Notes: generated by a model from the letters alone, not told the origin. Positions 30,035-40,701 are shown, numbered from the stretch's first letter. The stretch is 64,000 bases of DNA from an uncultured SAR86 cluster bacterium (GCA_902542145.1 CACBTL010000006.1:4316-68315); one strand, 5' to 3'. A program made the numbers and translations.

Positions 30035-31168
30035 ATGAAAGAAGATTTAAAAGATTCTATAAATTCTTCATCAAATTTTTTATACAGATGCTTTAATGAT
30101 GATGAAAAATTTTCTCTAACTCCAAGAACGGATTCTTCCATATTTAGCAATATCTTTGGGTTTTTAGTTGCAAACTTTATAAAAGTTGATCTGCCGGATT
30201 CATTTTACGTGAAACTAAAAAATGAGATTCATCAAGAGATCTTAAGAAAACTTCAATTGTTTGATAACTATGAAAAACTTTTATTAAGCAAAAAAGACAT
30301 GCAATATATTTGTTTTGGATTGAGTGTGCTCAAAGTTCTCGATGAGAATATTTTAGAAAGTTTAGTCAATCACTTCGACAATTATTTTTCTTTTCAAAAA
30401 CACAATAATAAATTGCATAGCATGATGACTTCTGGAAGAGCTCAAACTGGCAACCTTTCGATGTTTTATGCAGTTATATTAATTTACCTAAATAATTATC
30501 GAAATAAAAATTACGAGAACCTCATTGAAAATTGGGAAAAATTACACATTGATTCAATGAACCATAATGGATTTTGGGGAGATTATAAATTCATGAATCA
30601 TCTTCAATTTCAAAACGGCTACCATCAGTATGAAATATTTTCATATAGGAAAACAGAAAATATTAATTGGGACCTTGCTGCTGAGTCAGTTTACTTAACC
30701 TCTTCAGAAGATGGAAGATTTTCTCCTTATATTGGAGGAGGCGGATGTTTTGATTACGATGCAATTTTTATTCTTACAAAAAATAAAAAACTCAATGAAA
30801 AATTTAAAGAATTATTAATTAGAACAAGAAATTCAATTTTAACTGATCAAAATATCGATGGAGGACACTGTGAATCCAGGCTTATAAGACCTTTAAATAC
30901 TAATTACTTAATAAATGGATTCAATCATTGGATTTTTTCTCCAAAGGGAATGAAAAAAGAAAGACTCAGGCAATATATCACTTTAATGAGACCGAAACAT
31001 AACACAGTGACTACTCACTGGACTGAGATTCACAGATATTGGGAAGAATCTGATCTTTGGGATACTTGGTTTAGAATTATGACTCTGGCAAAAATTGATA
31101 TTTCTTTAGGTCTTTCTTCAGAAGAAGAGTGGGGTTTTATAGATTTTCCCGGTATCGGTTCTTTCTGA
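30035..31168 (+). CDS. Hypothetical protein with prenyltransferase/cyclase-like (QxxDGG) repeats
   Basis: MNHNGFWG, SSEDGRFS, QNIDGGH, SDLWDTWFR repeats. Confidence 0.5.
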   Translation: MKEDLKDSINSSSNFLYRCFNDDEKFSLTPRTDSSIFSNIFGFLVANFIKVDLPDSFYVKLKNEIHQEILRKLQLFDNYEKLLLSKKDMQYICFGLSVLKVLDENILESLVNHFDNYFSFQKHNNKLHSMMTSGRAQTGNLSMFYAVILIYLNNYRNKNYENLIENWEKLHIDSMNHNGFWGDYKFMNHLQFQNGYHQYEIFSYRKTENINWDLAAESVYLTSSEDGRFSPYIGGGGCFDYDAIFILTKNKKLNEKFKELLIRTRNSILTDQNIDGGHCESRLIRPLNTNYLINGFNHWIFSPKGMKKERLRQYITLMRPKHNTVTTHWTEIHRYWEESDLWDTWFRIMTLAKIDISLGLSSEEEWGFIDFPGIGSF

Positions 31169-32313
31169 TGAAAGTAATTTACGTATCACCATCTTTACTT
31201 CCATCGCGAGCAGCGAATTCAATTCATGTGATTTCGCAATCAAAGGGCTTTATCGAAAACGGATATGAGATTGACTTATTTTGTCAAAGAACATTAATTA
31301 ATAAACTTAAATTTAAAAGACAAGTATCTTTAGATTTTGACTCTTTGACAGATGACATAAATTTTAAGTCAATCTACTCCCCATTTAGTAGATTATCTAA
31401 TTTCTTAATTGCCTTTTACTTCCTTATTTTTATATTTCTAAAAAATGAAAAATACTCCTTAATTATTTCAAGAAATTTTTATGCATCTCTGTTTTTGACT
31501 ATATTGAAAATAAATCACGTATATGAAACACACTTAGTTGAAAAAGGTATTAAGTCAAAGCTCCAAAAATTCATAATTTTTTCTCTTAAAACTAAAGTAG
31601 TTGTAATATCTCAAAAACTACAAGAAATTCTAGAAAATAAATTTAAACATAAATTTGAGGCTAAGATTCTTCATGACGCTGCTTTTAGTGAGAGTAATCG
31701 AAAAAGTGATTATGAAAAGAAAAGAATTTTATCAGAATATGTTCCTGAAGAAAAAATCCATAACAATTTTATTGTAGGCTATTTTGGCCATCTATATGAA
31801 GGGAGAGGAATAGAGATAATTATAGGATTGGCTGAATATAATCCAAATACGTTATTTCTTGTTTTCGGCGGCACTGAAGATGAGATAAATAAATACAGGC
31901 AGAGAAACAAATTAAACAACTTGTTATTTGTGGGACATGTTTCATATTCTAAAGTAAAAAACATAATGCAAAGTTTGAATTGCTTACTTATGCCGTATCA
32001 AAAATCTGTAAAGATTTCTGGAAATGTTGATACTGCTGAGTGGATGTCACCTATGAAGATGTTTGAATATATGTCTTCGGGAGTTCCAATAATTTCTTCT
32101 GATTTACCAGTATTAAGAGAAGTTTTGATTGATATGAATAATTGTTTATTGGCAACACCAGATCATCTTTCCTCTTGGAACAAAGCATTAAATTTATTAA
32201 AAACAAATCCAGAGCTTTCATCAAAGTTATCTAAAAAGGCTAAGCTTGACCAAGAAAATAAATTTACTTGGGGAAAAAGAGCTAAGCAGATTGTTGAATT
32301 AATGAATGAATAG
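31168..32313 (+). CDS. Glycosyltransferase family 4
   Basis: ANSIHV, GYFGHL..GRG, SPMKMFEYMSSGVPIISSD. Confidence 0.9.
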   Translation: MKVIYVSPSLLPSRAANSIHVISQSKGFIENGYEIDLFCQRTLINKLKFKRQVSLDFDSLTDDINFKSIYSPFSRLSNFLIAFYFLIFIFLKNEKYSLIISRNFYASLFLTILKINHVYETHLVEKGIKSKLQKFIIFSLKTKVVVISQKLQEILENKFKHKFEAKILHDAAFSESNRKSDYEKKRILSEYVPEEKIHNNFIVGYFGHLYEGRGIEIIIGLAEYNPNTLFLVFGGTEDEINKYRQRNKLNNLLFVGHVSYSKVKNIMQSLNCLLMPYQKSVKISGNVDTAEWMSPMKMFEYMSSGVPIISSDLPVLREVLIDMNNCLLATPDHLSSWNKALNLLKTNPELSSKLSKKAKLDQENKFTWGKRAKQIVELMNE

Positions 32314-33364
32314 AAAAATAGTTATACTTATCCCTTCCTTAGATAATAGCGGACCTGCAAGGGGTGCTTTAGCAATAGCAGAAGTAATTTCAAAGAAATA
32401 TGAAACTATTATTGTTACACAAAAGAATTCGAAAAACTCAGTATCGCCGAATTACTCAGATAAATTTAAGGTGAAAAATTTTGATTCTGGTTATAGAGAT
32501 TTCAGAAAAATACGCAAATATCTTAAAAAAGAACTAAGCGAAAAAGATGCACTCATATCAATGTGTTTATCTTCAGATTTAATAAATGCAATGATTAAAG
32601 GTAACTGGATCAGGATAAGTTACATAAGAGGTGATTTAATCTCAAATTACCGAACTGACTATGGCTTAATAGGAATTCCTTTAGCGATTATGCATTATTT
32701 TATGACATCCTTTTTTTCTAAAGTATTTTCTTTGTCTGAAAAAATGAAAAAAGACATAGAAAATTATTCTTTATCCAGAGCATTTGTAATTGAAAATATC
32801 ATTGAGGAGAAAAAACTAGAACCTTATAGATCTTCTTATCTTGATAAAAATAAATCACTTAACTTTATTTTTTTAGGAAATCTTAATAATAGAAAAAAAC
32901 CTTTAGAAGCTATTGAAGCTTTCAATCAATATCATATGAATAATAAGTCATCAGTTTTACATGTTGTTGGAGATGGCCCCTTAAAAGTAGAATGTGAAAA
33001 TTTAATTCAGAACCTAAACATGTCCGAATACACCTACATGCACGGTCATCTTACAGATCCTTACAAAATTTTATCTTCATCAGAAATTCTCATACATACA
33101 TCCTTAGCCGAAGGTGTATCAAGATCAGTCATGGAATCCCTTTTTCTTGGATTAATTGTTGTTGGAAGGGATATTGATGAGCATAAAAAGCTCTTAGTTG
33201 ATAATAATTCAGTAAAGTTCTTAGATACAAAAAATATTGTGAGCGCTCTCAATAAAGCTTCTGAAATCGTTAGGAATAATAATGGTTCTTTAAAGAAGAA
33301 CCTTTTACCATCCTTATACTGCAACGAAGAAGTCTCAAAGAAAATTTTAAAATCAATCTTTTAA
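32306..33364 (+). CDS. Glycosyltransferase family 4
   Basis: FLGNL..RK, VGDGPL, EGVSRSVMES (ExxxxxxxE). Confidence 0.88.
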   Translation: MNRKIVILIPSLDNSGPARGALAIAEVISKKYETIIVTQKNSKNSVSPNYSDKFKVKNFDSGYRDFRKIRKYLKKELSEKDALISMCLSSDLINAMIKGNWIRISYIRGDLISNYRTDYGLIGIPLAIMHYFMTSFFSKVFSLSEKMKKDIENYSLSRAFVIENIIEEKKLEPYRSSYLDKNKSLNFIFLGNLNNRKKPLEAIEAFNQYHMNNKSSVLHVVGDGPLKVECENLIQNLNMSEYTYMHGHLTDPYKILSSSEILIHTSLAEGVSRSVMESLFLGLIVVGRDIDEHKKLLVDNNSVKFLDTKNIVSALNKASEIVRNNNGSLKKNLLPSLYCNEEVSKKILKSIF

Positions 33365-33370
33365 TTAAAT

Positions 33371-33937
33371 ATGAGTAAGTTTGAAAATTATCACAGCTAT
33401 TTGAAAGAAAGATCTCTAATGGGTCTAATTTATCGAAATTTTTATTTATATCCATTAATAACAAGGCATTTAAATGGAAAGATTCTTGATTATGGGTGCG
33501 GAATTGGAGACTACCTGAAATATAATAATAACTCTATAGGAGTAGATATTAATCAACATAACGTAAACTTTTGTAAAGAAAGAGGGTTGCTAGCTTCTAA
33601 AATTGAGGATGGAGTTATTCCCTTTGAAGATAATCATTTTGATAGCGTTCTTTCTGATAATGTCTTTGAACATATAGAAAATCCAAAAAACATAATTTTA
33701 GAAATTATTAGAGTAATAAGGCCAGGAGGAATATTATTGATCGGTGTGCCAGGTAAACTTGGCTTTCAAAGCGATGCTGATCATAAAATTTTTCACGATA
33801 AGCAATCACTAAAAGCTCTTTTTAATGATACTAATTTTAATTTGAAAAATAACTTTGATCTCCCGTTCAGCTCTAATTTACTCTCTAATCATTTAAGACA
33901 ATATACTTCTTGGTACTCATTTAAAAATGAAATCTAG
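33371..33937 (+). CDS. Class I SAM-dependent methyltransferase (Methyltransf_11)
   Basis: ILDYGCGIG, GVDIN, NVFEHI, RPGG. Confidence 0.88.
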   Translation: MSKFENYHSYLKERSLMGLIYRNFYLYPLITRHLNGKILDYGCGIGDYLKYNNNSIGVDINQHNVNFCKERGLLASKIEDGVIPFEDNHFDSVLSDNVFEHIENPKNIILEIIRVIRPGGILLIGVPGKLGFQSDADHKIFHDKQSLKALFNDTNFNLKNNFDLPFSSNLLSNHLRQYTSWYSFKNEI

Positions 33938-34646
33938 TTTTTGTATCTCTATAGTAAGTCATGGTCAAGGAGAGCTAGTTAAGAAACTTCTTAAATCACT
34001 TATTTCTAAAAATTTTATAAGCCTTGATTACGAAATAATAATCACACTTAATAAGGAGGAGCCAACAAATTTCCTTAAAGAGTTTGAGAATTTGAACATA
34101 AAAGTTATTAAGAATAAAAAAGAGAAGGGATTTGCTGAAAATCATAATTTTGCTTTTATGGAATCTTCTAAAAGCTTTTTTATAATCTCTAATCCTGATA
34201 TAGAAATACAAGACCTTGGAAATCTTTTTGATGAACCTTTGGATATAAGTCAGTGCATAACATGCCCTTTAATTTTTAATACAAATGGAGAAAGAGAAGA
34301 TAATTTTAGAGATTTTCCCACTCCTTTTTCTTTGATTTTGCGAAGGCTTGGCTTTGACATAAATCATTCGTCATCCACTAAGTTTGATTGGGCAGCAGGA
34401 ATGTTTTTAATCTTTCCAAGGAATCTTTATGAGCTTCTTGGAGGTTTTGACGATAAATATTTTATGTATTTTGAAGATGTTGACTTATTTTATAGATCAA
34501 AAAAAATGGGTATAAACTATCTATGCAATCATACAATAAAAGTTATTCATGATGCTCGTCGATCATCTAGGAGAGATTTTTTTTATTTTTTAATGCATTT
34601 GAAAAGCGCCATTCGTTTTTTTTTTAAAAATAGAAAAATAATATGA
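33927..34646 (+). CDS. Glycosyltransferase family 2 (rhamnosyltransferase-like)
   Basis: GFAENHN, NPD, GGFDDKYFMYFEDVD; adjacent to rml genes. Confidence 0.85.
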   Translation: MKSSFCISIVSHGQGELVKKLLKSLISKNFISLDYEIIITLNKEEPTNFLKEFENLNIKVIKNKKEKGFAENHNFAFMESSKSFFIISNPDIEIQDLGNLFDEPLDISQCITCPLIFNTNGEREDNFRDFPTPFSLILRRLGFDINHSSSTKFDWAAGMFLIFPRNLYELLGGFDDKYFMYFEDVDLFYRSKKMGINYLCNHTIKVIHDARRSSRRDFFYFLMHLKSAIRFFFKNRKII

Positions 34647-35626
34647 AATTGCTTATTACAGGAGGATATGGGTTTATAGGCAGCTGTTTTATAAGAAAGA
34701 CTTTTGCTGAAACTAACTTCTCAATAATAAATATTGATTCTTTAACTTACGCTTCCAATTCAAGTGCTTTGGGAGAAGATATCATCAATTCAGATAGATA
34801 TAAATTTTATCAAGTGGATATAGGAGACAAAAAAAAGATTTTTGATATTTTTAAAATTGAAAAACCAAACAGGGTTGTAAATTTTGCAGCAGAGAGTCAT
34901 GTTGATAATTCAGTAAAAAATCCGGAAATATTTTTAAACACAAATATTTTAGGAACATTTAATTTGCTTGAAGGTATCAGGGCTCATCATCCCTCAGCAC
35001 AAATGATTCATATTTCCACTGATGAAGTTTATGGAGATTTATCTTTAAATAATCAACCGTTTACAGAAGAAAATCAAATTAATCCAAGTTCCCCTTATTC
35101 AGCCTCAAAAGCTGCATCAGATCATTTAGTTAGCTCTTGGGCTAGAACATATAATCTAAATTATTTAATCACAAATTGTTCAAATAATTACGGCCCTTTC
35201 CAAGATAACGAAAAATTAATACCAACAATTATTGAAAAACTAAAAAAAAATCAGAAGATTCCAATTTATGGAAATGGAATGCAAATAAGGGATTGGTTAT
35301 ATGTTGAGGATCATGTTGATGCGATACTTGGTCTGATATCAAAAGAGATAAAAAATGAAAGAGTCAATATAGGCGGAGAATCTGAGGTAACAAACCTTGA
35401 ACTAGCTAAATTAATTTGTGATAAATATGATTCAATAAATAGTAAAAATAGCGACAAAAACTCAAACTCATTTGAAAGCCTAATAGAATTTGTCCAAGAT
35501 AGGCCTGGCCATGATCAAAGGTACGCAATTAATTTTAGTAAATTGAACAAGCTAATTTCTTGGAGGCCATCTCATTCGCTAGATCAGGGTCTAGATAAAA
35601 CAATAAATTGGTTTCTGCAAAATTAA
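34643..35626 (+). CDS. rmlB: dTDP-glucose 4,6-dehydratase
   Basis: FAAESHVD, ISTDEVYG, YSASK, NCSNNYGP, DRPGHD.RY. Confidence 0.96.
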   Translation: MKLLITGGYGFIGSCFIRKTFAETNFSIINIDSLTYASNSSALGEDIINSDRYKFYQVDIGDKKKIFDIFKIEKPNRVVNFAAESHVDNSVKNPEIFLNTNILGTFNLLEGIRAHHPSAQMIHISTDEVYGDLSLNNQPFTEENQINPSSPYSASKAASDHLVSSWARTYNLNYLITNCSNNYGPFQDNEKLIPTIIEKLKKNQKIPIYGNGMQIRDWLYVEDHVDAILGLISKEIKNERVNIGGESEVTNLELAKLICDKYDSINSKNSDKNSNSFESLIEFVQDRPGHDQRYAINFSKLNKLISWRPSHSLDQGLDKTINWFLQN

Positions 35627-35660
35627 TTAATTTTTTTTAAATTATCTTTATTTATCATTT

Positions 35661-37520
35661 ATGCAATACAGACCAGAAATTGATGGATTAAGAGCTTTCG
35701 CTATAGTTCCTGTAGTTTTGTTTCATGCTGGCATACCTTTTTTTAATGGAGGATTTATTGGGGTTGATATTTTTTTTGTTATTAGCGGTTATTTAATTTC
35801 AACGATTATTATTAAAGAAAAAAATAAAGAAAATTTTAAACTTACTAGTTTTTACATAAGGCGTATAAGAAGAATTATTCCTGCCTTATTTTTGGTTCTT
35901 ATTTTTTCTATCCCCTTATCCTTCCTTTTATTAATGCCTAATGATCTAAAAGACTTCGGTCAAAGTCTGATATCAACATTGTTTTTCTCTAGCAACATTC
36001 TTTTTTTGTTCGAACAGAATTATTTTGCTAGTGAAGCAGATTTAAAACCACTTCTTCATACATGGAGCTTATCTGTGGAGGAGCAATATTATCTAATTTT
36101 TCCAATTTTTCTAATTTTATTTTGGAAGTTTGGACTTAAAGTAATTTTGATAGTATTGTCGCTAATATTTATTTTTAGTCTTATTTATTCTGAAATTTAT
36201 TTTTACTCAGAGACGCAAAATTTTTATTTACTTCATACAAGGGCATGGGAAATTTTGTTGGGAGTTTTTGCTGCTTTTATAATTTATGGAAAGGACTTTC
36301 CTAAGTCATTGTTTCTAAATAATTTTTTAAGTATCTTAGGGATATCATTGATTATTGTATCAATCATTCTGTTTGATAAAGATACACGAACTCCGAGTAT
36401 TTATACTCTCATCCCCAATTTAGGCGCTTTTCTTATAATCTTGGCGGCGAAAAATGGAACCTTTGTGCAAAGAATTTTGAGTTATAAATTTCTGGTAAGT
36501 ATTGGTTTAATATCTTACAGCTTATATTTATGGCATCATCCCTTATTAGCCTTTTCAAAATATCGATTTGACGATAGTCTAAATTTTTTTTATGTTTTCA
36601 TAATTATCGCATTATCTATTGGAATGGCTTACCTTTCTTGGAAGTATCTAGAAAGACCCTTCAGAAATCCTAATATGATTAACAATAAAAGGCTTTTTCT
36701 TTTTTCTGGGTTTTTTGCCTTTGTAATTCTATCTTTTGGAATTTATTTTCATATCTCAGATGGCGAGCTGGAAAGGTTCAATGGAAAAGATAAAAAAATA
36801 GTCACTTCTCTATCAGAAGGTCCAACTTATGTAGAACAGAACCTACGTAAAATCATTCTTAAAAATTTTGAAAAAAATAATAAAAAAAAGATCCTATTAA
36901 TTGGAGATAGTCACGCAGAGGATTTGTTAAATAGTTTAGTGGAAAGTAAATTAAGTAACAGTTTAAATATTACTGGTTACAGAATACCAAATTCATGTGG
37001 AGTATTGATGATTGAATTTGAAAAATTAAGAACTTTTTCTTCAGAGAATTGTAAATCTCAACCTAATTTTTTCAACTCAGAACAGCTAATCAATTTGATG
37101 ATTGAAGCTGATCAAATATGGTTAATTTCAAATTGGAGGGAATGGCAACTACCTTTTTTAAAACAATCAATAAAGAATATAAAAGAAATTAATAGCTCAT
37201 TAATATTTTTTGGTAAGAAAGACTTTGGAGATATAAATGCAAGGGAATTTATGAATGGAGGTTTAATGAGTTGGACTGAATCAATTCCTATAAGCGTGGA
37301 AGCAAATAAAATAAATAAATTTTTAAGAACAAATATTCCCGAAGAAACAATATTCATTGATATTGTGAAACTTTTTTGTGGAAATGAAAAAAAATGTAAT
37401 AACTATGATGGCACGGGAGTATTCTCCTTTGATGGAGATCATCTCACCAGATATGGAGCTTTGACTTTAGGAAATAAAATTAAGAATGATGATAAAGTTT
37501 CTAATATCTTAATTAAGTAG
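35661..37520 (+). CDS. Acyltransferase-3 plus SGNH O-acetyltransferase (OafA-like)
   Basis: IDGLRA, GVDIFFVISG, HTWSLSVEEQYY, SYSLYLWH; SGNH motifs GDSH and DGDH. Confidence 0.93.
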   Translation: MQYRPEIDGLRAFAIVPVVLFHAGIPFFNGGFIGVDIFFVISGYLISTIIIKEKNKENFKLTSFYIRRIRRIIPALFLVLIFSIPLSFLLLMPNDLKDFGQSLISTLFFSSNILFLFEQNYFASEADLKPLLHTWSLSVEEQYYLIFPIFLILFWKFGLKVILIVLSLIFIFSLIYSEIYFYSETQNFYLLHTRAWEILLGVFAAFIIYGKDFPKSLFLNNFLSILGISLIIVSIILFDKDTRTPSIYTLIPNLGAFLIILAAKNGTFVQRILSYKFLVSIGLISYSLYLWHHPLLAFSKYRFDDSLNFFYVFIIIALSIGMAYLSWKYLERPFRNPNMINNKRLFLFSGFFAFVILSFGIYFHISDGELERFNGKDKKIVTSLSEGPTYVEQNLRKIILKNFEKNNKKKILLIGDSHAEDLLNSLVESKLSNSLNITGYRIPNSCGVLMIEFEKLRTFSSENCKSQPNFFNSEQLINLMIEADQIWLISNWREWQLPFLKQSIKNIKEINSSLIFFGKKDFGDINAREFMNGGLMSWTESIPISVEANKINKFLRTNIPEETIFIDIVKLFCGNEKKCNNYDGTGVFSFDGDHLTRYGALTLGNKIKNDDKVSNILIK

Positions 37521-37543
37521 ATTATTAACTGGTACTCAGAATA

Positions 37544-38431
37544 TTGAAGAATTCAAAAGGCATAATTTTAGCTGGTGGAAAAGGCACAAGATTGCATCCT
37601 CTTACAAAAGCATATTCAAAACATTTGCTACCAATTTACGATAAACCTATGATCTTTTATTCATTAGCAATTTTAATGAAGTTTGGACTAAGAGAGATTG
37701 CAATAATTACCACCAGTGAGGACAAAAAAAATTACTCTCGCTTATTCGGAGATGGTTCCAAATATGGGCTTGATATTAGCTATTTTATCCAAAATCAACC
37801 TAAAGGAATCGCTGAAGCGTTTATCATTTGCGAAGAATTTATTGATGAAGACAATGTTTTTTTAATTTTAGGAGATAATGTCTTTTTAGATTTTGATAAT
37901 TCACTAAGTCAAACCTTTAAACATTCTAAATACTATAGAGGCGCAAGTATTTTTCTTAAAAAAGTAAATAATCCCAACAGTTTTGGAGTTGCAAAATTTG
38001 ATAAAAAGGGAAATGTACTAGAAATAATTGAAAAGCCATCCAGAGCTCCATCTAAGATGGCAGTTACAGGGCTCTATTCTTATGACGAACATGTATCAGA
38101 ATATGCTAAGTCATTAAAACCTTCTGCCAGAGGGGAATTAGAAATTACAGACATTAATAATATTTACTTAGATAAAGGTCAGCTTAATTCATTAAACGTT
38201 AATGAAAAAATTGAATGGTTTGATGCAGGGACTTTCGATAATCTTTTGCTTGCAAGCAAAAAAGTTCAAAAATATCAGAATCAAAATAAGAAAATTTTTT
38301 CTAGTATAGAAATTATTGGATTTGAGAATGGATGGATAGATTTAAATCAATTAAAAGTTTTATCCTATGAACAAAATTCGTCTTATGGGAAAGCCATTAC
38401 GGAATATATTGATCAATCTTGTGAAAATTAA
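37544..38431 (+). CDS. rmlA: Glucose-1-phosphate thymidylyltransferase
   Basis: GIILAGGKGTRL, LGDN, EKP, SARGELEITD, WFDAGT. Confidence 0.96.
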   Translation: MKNSKGIILAGGKGTRLHPLTKAYSKHLLPIYDKPMIFYSLAILMKFGLREIAIITTSEDKKNYSRLFGDGSKYGLDISYFIQNQPKGIAEAFIICEEFIDEDNVFLILGDNVFLDFDNSLSQTFKHSKYYRGASIFLKKVNNPNSFGVAKFDKKGNVLEIIEKPSRAPSKMAVTGLYSYDEHVSEYAKSLKPSARGELEITDINNIYLDKGQLNSLNVNEKIEWFDAGTFDNLLLASKKVQKYQNQNKKIFSSIEIIGFENGWIDLNQLKVLSYEQNSSYGKAITEYIDQSCEN

Positions 38432-38951
38432 AGAGAATAAATCAGGAACTATCATTCTTGAAACAGAAAATTATGAAGACGAAAGAGGTTTTTTCACTGA
38501 GATTTATCATAAAGATAAATATTCAAAGGTTTTAAGTAATATAAATTTTGTTCAAGATAATTATTCTTTTTCAAAAAAATCAGTTCTTAGAGGCCTTCAT
38601 TTCCAGAAAAACTTTCCACAAGGAAAATTAGTAAGGGTTTTAATGGGTGAAATATTTGATGTCGCAGTTGATTTGAGGCCGGATTCCAAAAGTTATGGTC
38701 ATTGCGATGTGATCACTCTATCTGACGTAAATAATTCACAGTTCTGGATTCCTGAAGGTTTTGCCCATGGTTTTGTAGTTTTGTCAGAATTTGCCCATGT
38801 TATATATAAATGTACTAATTTCTATAAACCAGATGATGAAAAAACCCTTATGTGGAATGATCCTGATTTAAATATTGACTGGCCTGTAAGTGAGCCTATT
38901 GTTTCTGATAAAGACAGGAATGGAGTCTTACTTTCAAAACTTAGTAAATGA
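38421..38951 (+). CDS. rmlC: dTDP-4-dehydrorhamnose 3,5-epimerase
   Basis: DERGFF, LRGLHFQ, DVAVDLR, GFAHGF; GTG start at 38421 assumed. Confidence 0.95.
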   Translation: MKIKENKSGTIILETENYEDERGFFTEIYHKDKYSKVLSNINFVQDNYSFSKKSVLRGLHFQKNFPQGKLVRVLMGEIFDVAVDLRPDSKSYGHCDVITLSDVNNSQFWIPEGFAHGFVVLSEFAHVIYKCTNFYKPDDEKTLMWNDPDLNIDWPVSEPIVSDKDRNGVLLSKLSK

Positions 38952-39814
38952 AAATTTTAGTTACAGGATCTGATGGTCAGTTAGGTAGTTCTTTCAAAAA
39001 AATTAAAACAAAATTTAATCATAACTTATTTTTTTTTGATAAATCTTCAATGGACATTCTCAATTTAAATCAAGATGATTTTAAAGAATTTGACTTCATT
39101 ATAAATTGCGCTGCTTACACTCAAGTTGATTTAGCTGAAATTAATCAAGAAGATGCTTATGATATAAATTGTAATGCTCTGAAGAAAATGTCTGATATAT
39201 CAAATAATTTAGATATTCCACTCATACATTTTTCAACAGATTATCTTTTTGATTCATCAAAAAAAAATCCTGTAAAAGAAAGCGAGGATCCAAAACCTAA
39301 ATCAATTTATGCAAAATCAAAACTAGATGGAGAAAAAATTTTAAAAACAAAATGTAACAAATTTTTAATCATAAGAACTTCTTGGGTTTATAGCGAATTT
39401 GGAAATAACTTCGTCAAAACTATTTTTAATTTAGGAATAAAGAAAAAATCATTAGAAGTTGTTGATGATCAATTCAGCAATCCTACTTACGCTCCTGATA
39501 TCTCTGAGGGAGTAATGAGGATAATTGAATTATCTTCTAAAGAGAAATTTGGAAAAAAAATATATCACTTTTCAGGCGATGAAGTAATTTCTTGGTATCA
39601 ATTTTCTCTCAAAATTCAAAAGTTCTGCAAGAAAAGTCATATTAACTTTGCAGATATTAATCCTGTTTCATCAAAACTTTATAAGAAAAATACACTTGCC
39701 GATAGGCCACTTTACTCTGCATTATGTACAAATAAAATTAACAATGATTTCAATATTTGTCCTTCATCATTATCTAGAGGGTTAGAATTAACATTAAAAA
39801 ATTTGATCAAATAA
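38948..39814 (+). CDS. rmlD: dTDP-4-dehydrorhamnose reductase
   Basis: GSDGQLG, NCAAYT.VD.AE, STDY, YAKSK, RTSWVY. Confidence 0.95.
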   Translation: MKILVTGSDGQLGSSFKKIKTKFNHNLFFFDKSSMDILNLNQDDFKEFDFIINCAAYTQVDLAEINQEDAYDINCNALKKMSDISNNLDIPLIHFSTDYLFDSSKKNPVKESEDPKPKSIYAKSKLDGEKILKTKCNKFLIIRTSWVYSEFGNNFVKTIFNLGIKKKSLEVVDDQFSNPTYAPDISEGVMRIIELSSKEKFGKKIYHFSGDEVISWYQFSLKIQKFCKKSHINFADINPVSSKLYKKNTLADRPLYSALCTNKINNDFNICPSSLSRGLELTLKNLIK

Positions 39815-39815
39815 T

Positions 39816-40700
39816 ATGACTCTACAAAAAGTTGTTATTCCAGTTGCGGGCTTAGGAACTAGGATGCTTCCTGCAACCAAGGTAATTCCTAAAGAAATGT
39901 TACCAATTATTGATAAACCAATAATTCAATATGTTATTGAAGAGGTGATTTCTGCTGGTTTTAAAGAAATAATTTTAGTTACCCATTCAAGCAAGAATTC
40001 AATAGAAAATCATTTTGATACTAGCTTTGAGCTAGAAACAACTCTTGAAAGAAGAATTAAAAGAAGCTTATTAAGAGAGATAAAAAATATTTCACGTTTA
40101 AAGAGCAAGATTTTCTCTGTAAGGCAAGGCGAGGCAAAAGGATTAGGACATGCAATTCTTCAAGCAAAGGAATTGATAAATGGAGAGCCTTTCGCAGTGG
40201 TTCTTCCTGACAGAGTGATGAATAATTCAAAGTTCAACTCAAAAAAAGATAATCTTGCATACATGAGAAAAACCTTTTTGAAAAATAACTCAAGCATATT
40301 ACTTTTGGAAAAAGTCCCAGCGAAAGATGTTTCCAAATATGGAATTGCTAAACTAGAAAAGCCTCTTAAATCACATGGAACAATTTCTAAGATTATTGAT
40401 ATACACGAAAAGCCTACTATTGCTAAAGCGCCGTCAAGATTTGCTGCTGTTGGTAGATATATTTTTGAAAATAAAATTTTAGATTTCATTTCAAATGATT
40501 CTGGAAGCGGCAAAGAAATTGAAATAACTGATGCCATCAAGAATTTTGTTAGTGAAGGAAATATTTCTCAGGCTACTTTACTTAAAGGTGAGTGTTTCGA
40601 TTGTGGAAATAAACAAGGATATTTTTATTCAATTTTGAAGACTGGTTTAAGTTTGCCAGAGTACAAAAAAGAGGTCCTAAAATCACTAAAAGATCAGTGA
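39816..40700 (+). CDS. galU: UTP--glucose-1-phosphate uridylyltransferase
   Basis: PVAGLGTRMLPATK.IPKEMLP, GLGHAI, EKP, DCG. Confidence 0.94.
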   Translation: MTLQKVVIPVAGLGTRMLPATKVIPKEMLPIIDKPIIQYVIEEVISAGFKEIILVTHSSKNSIENHFDTSFELETTLERRIKRSLLREIKNISRLKSKIFSVRQGEAKGLGHAILQAKELINGEPFAVVLPDRVMNNSKFNSKKDNLAYMRKTFLKNNSSILLLEKVPAKDVSKYGIAKLEKPLKSHGTISKIIDIHEKPTIAKAPSRFAAVGRYIFENKILDFISNDSGSGKEIEITDAIKNFVSEGNISQATLLKGECFDCGNKQGYFYSILKTGLSLPEYKKEVLKSLKDQ

Positions 40701-40701
40701 A

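Larger units (their letters stand above)
6076..40700. other. Surface polysaccharide (O-antigen/capsule) biosynthesis island, about 35 kb
   Basis: About 30 contiguous sugar-synthesis, glycosyltransferase, methyltransferase and Wzx/Wzy/Wzz genes starting 1 bp after tRNA-Leu; central part visibly AT-richer; no integrase. Confidence 0.88.
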
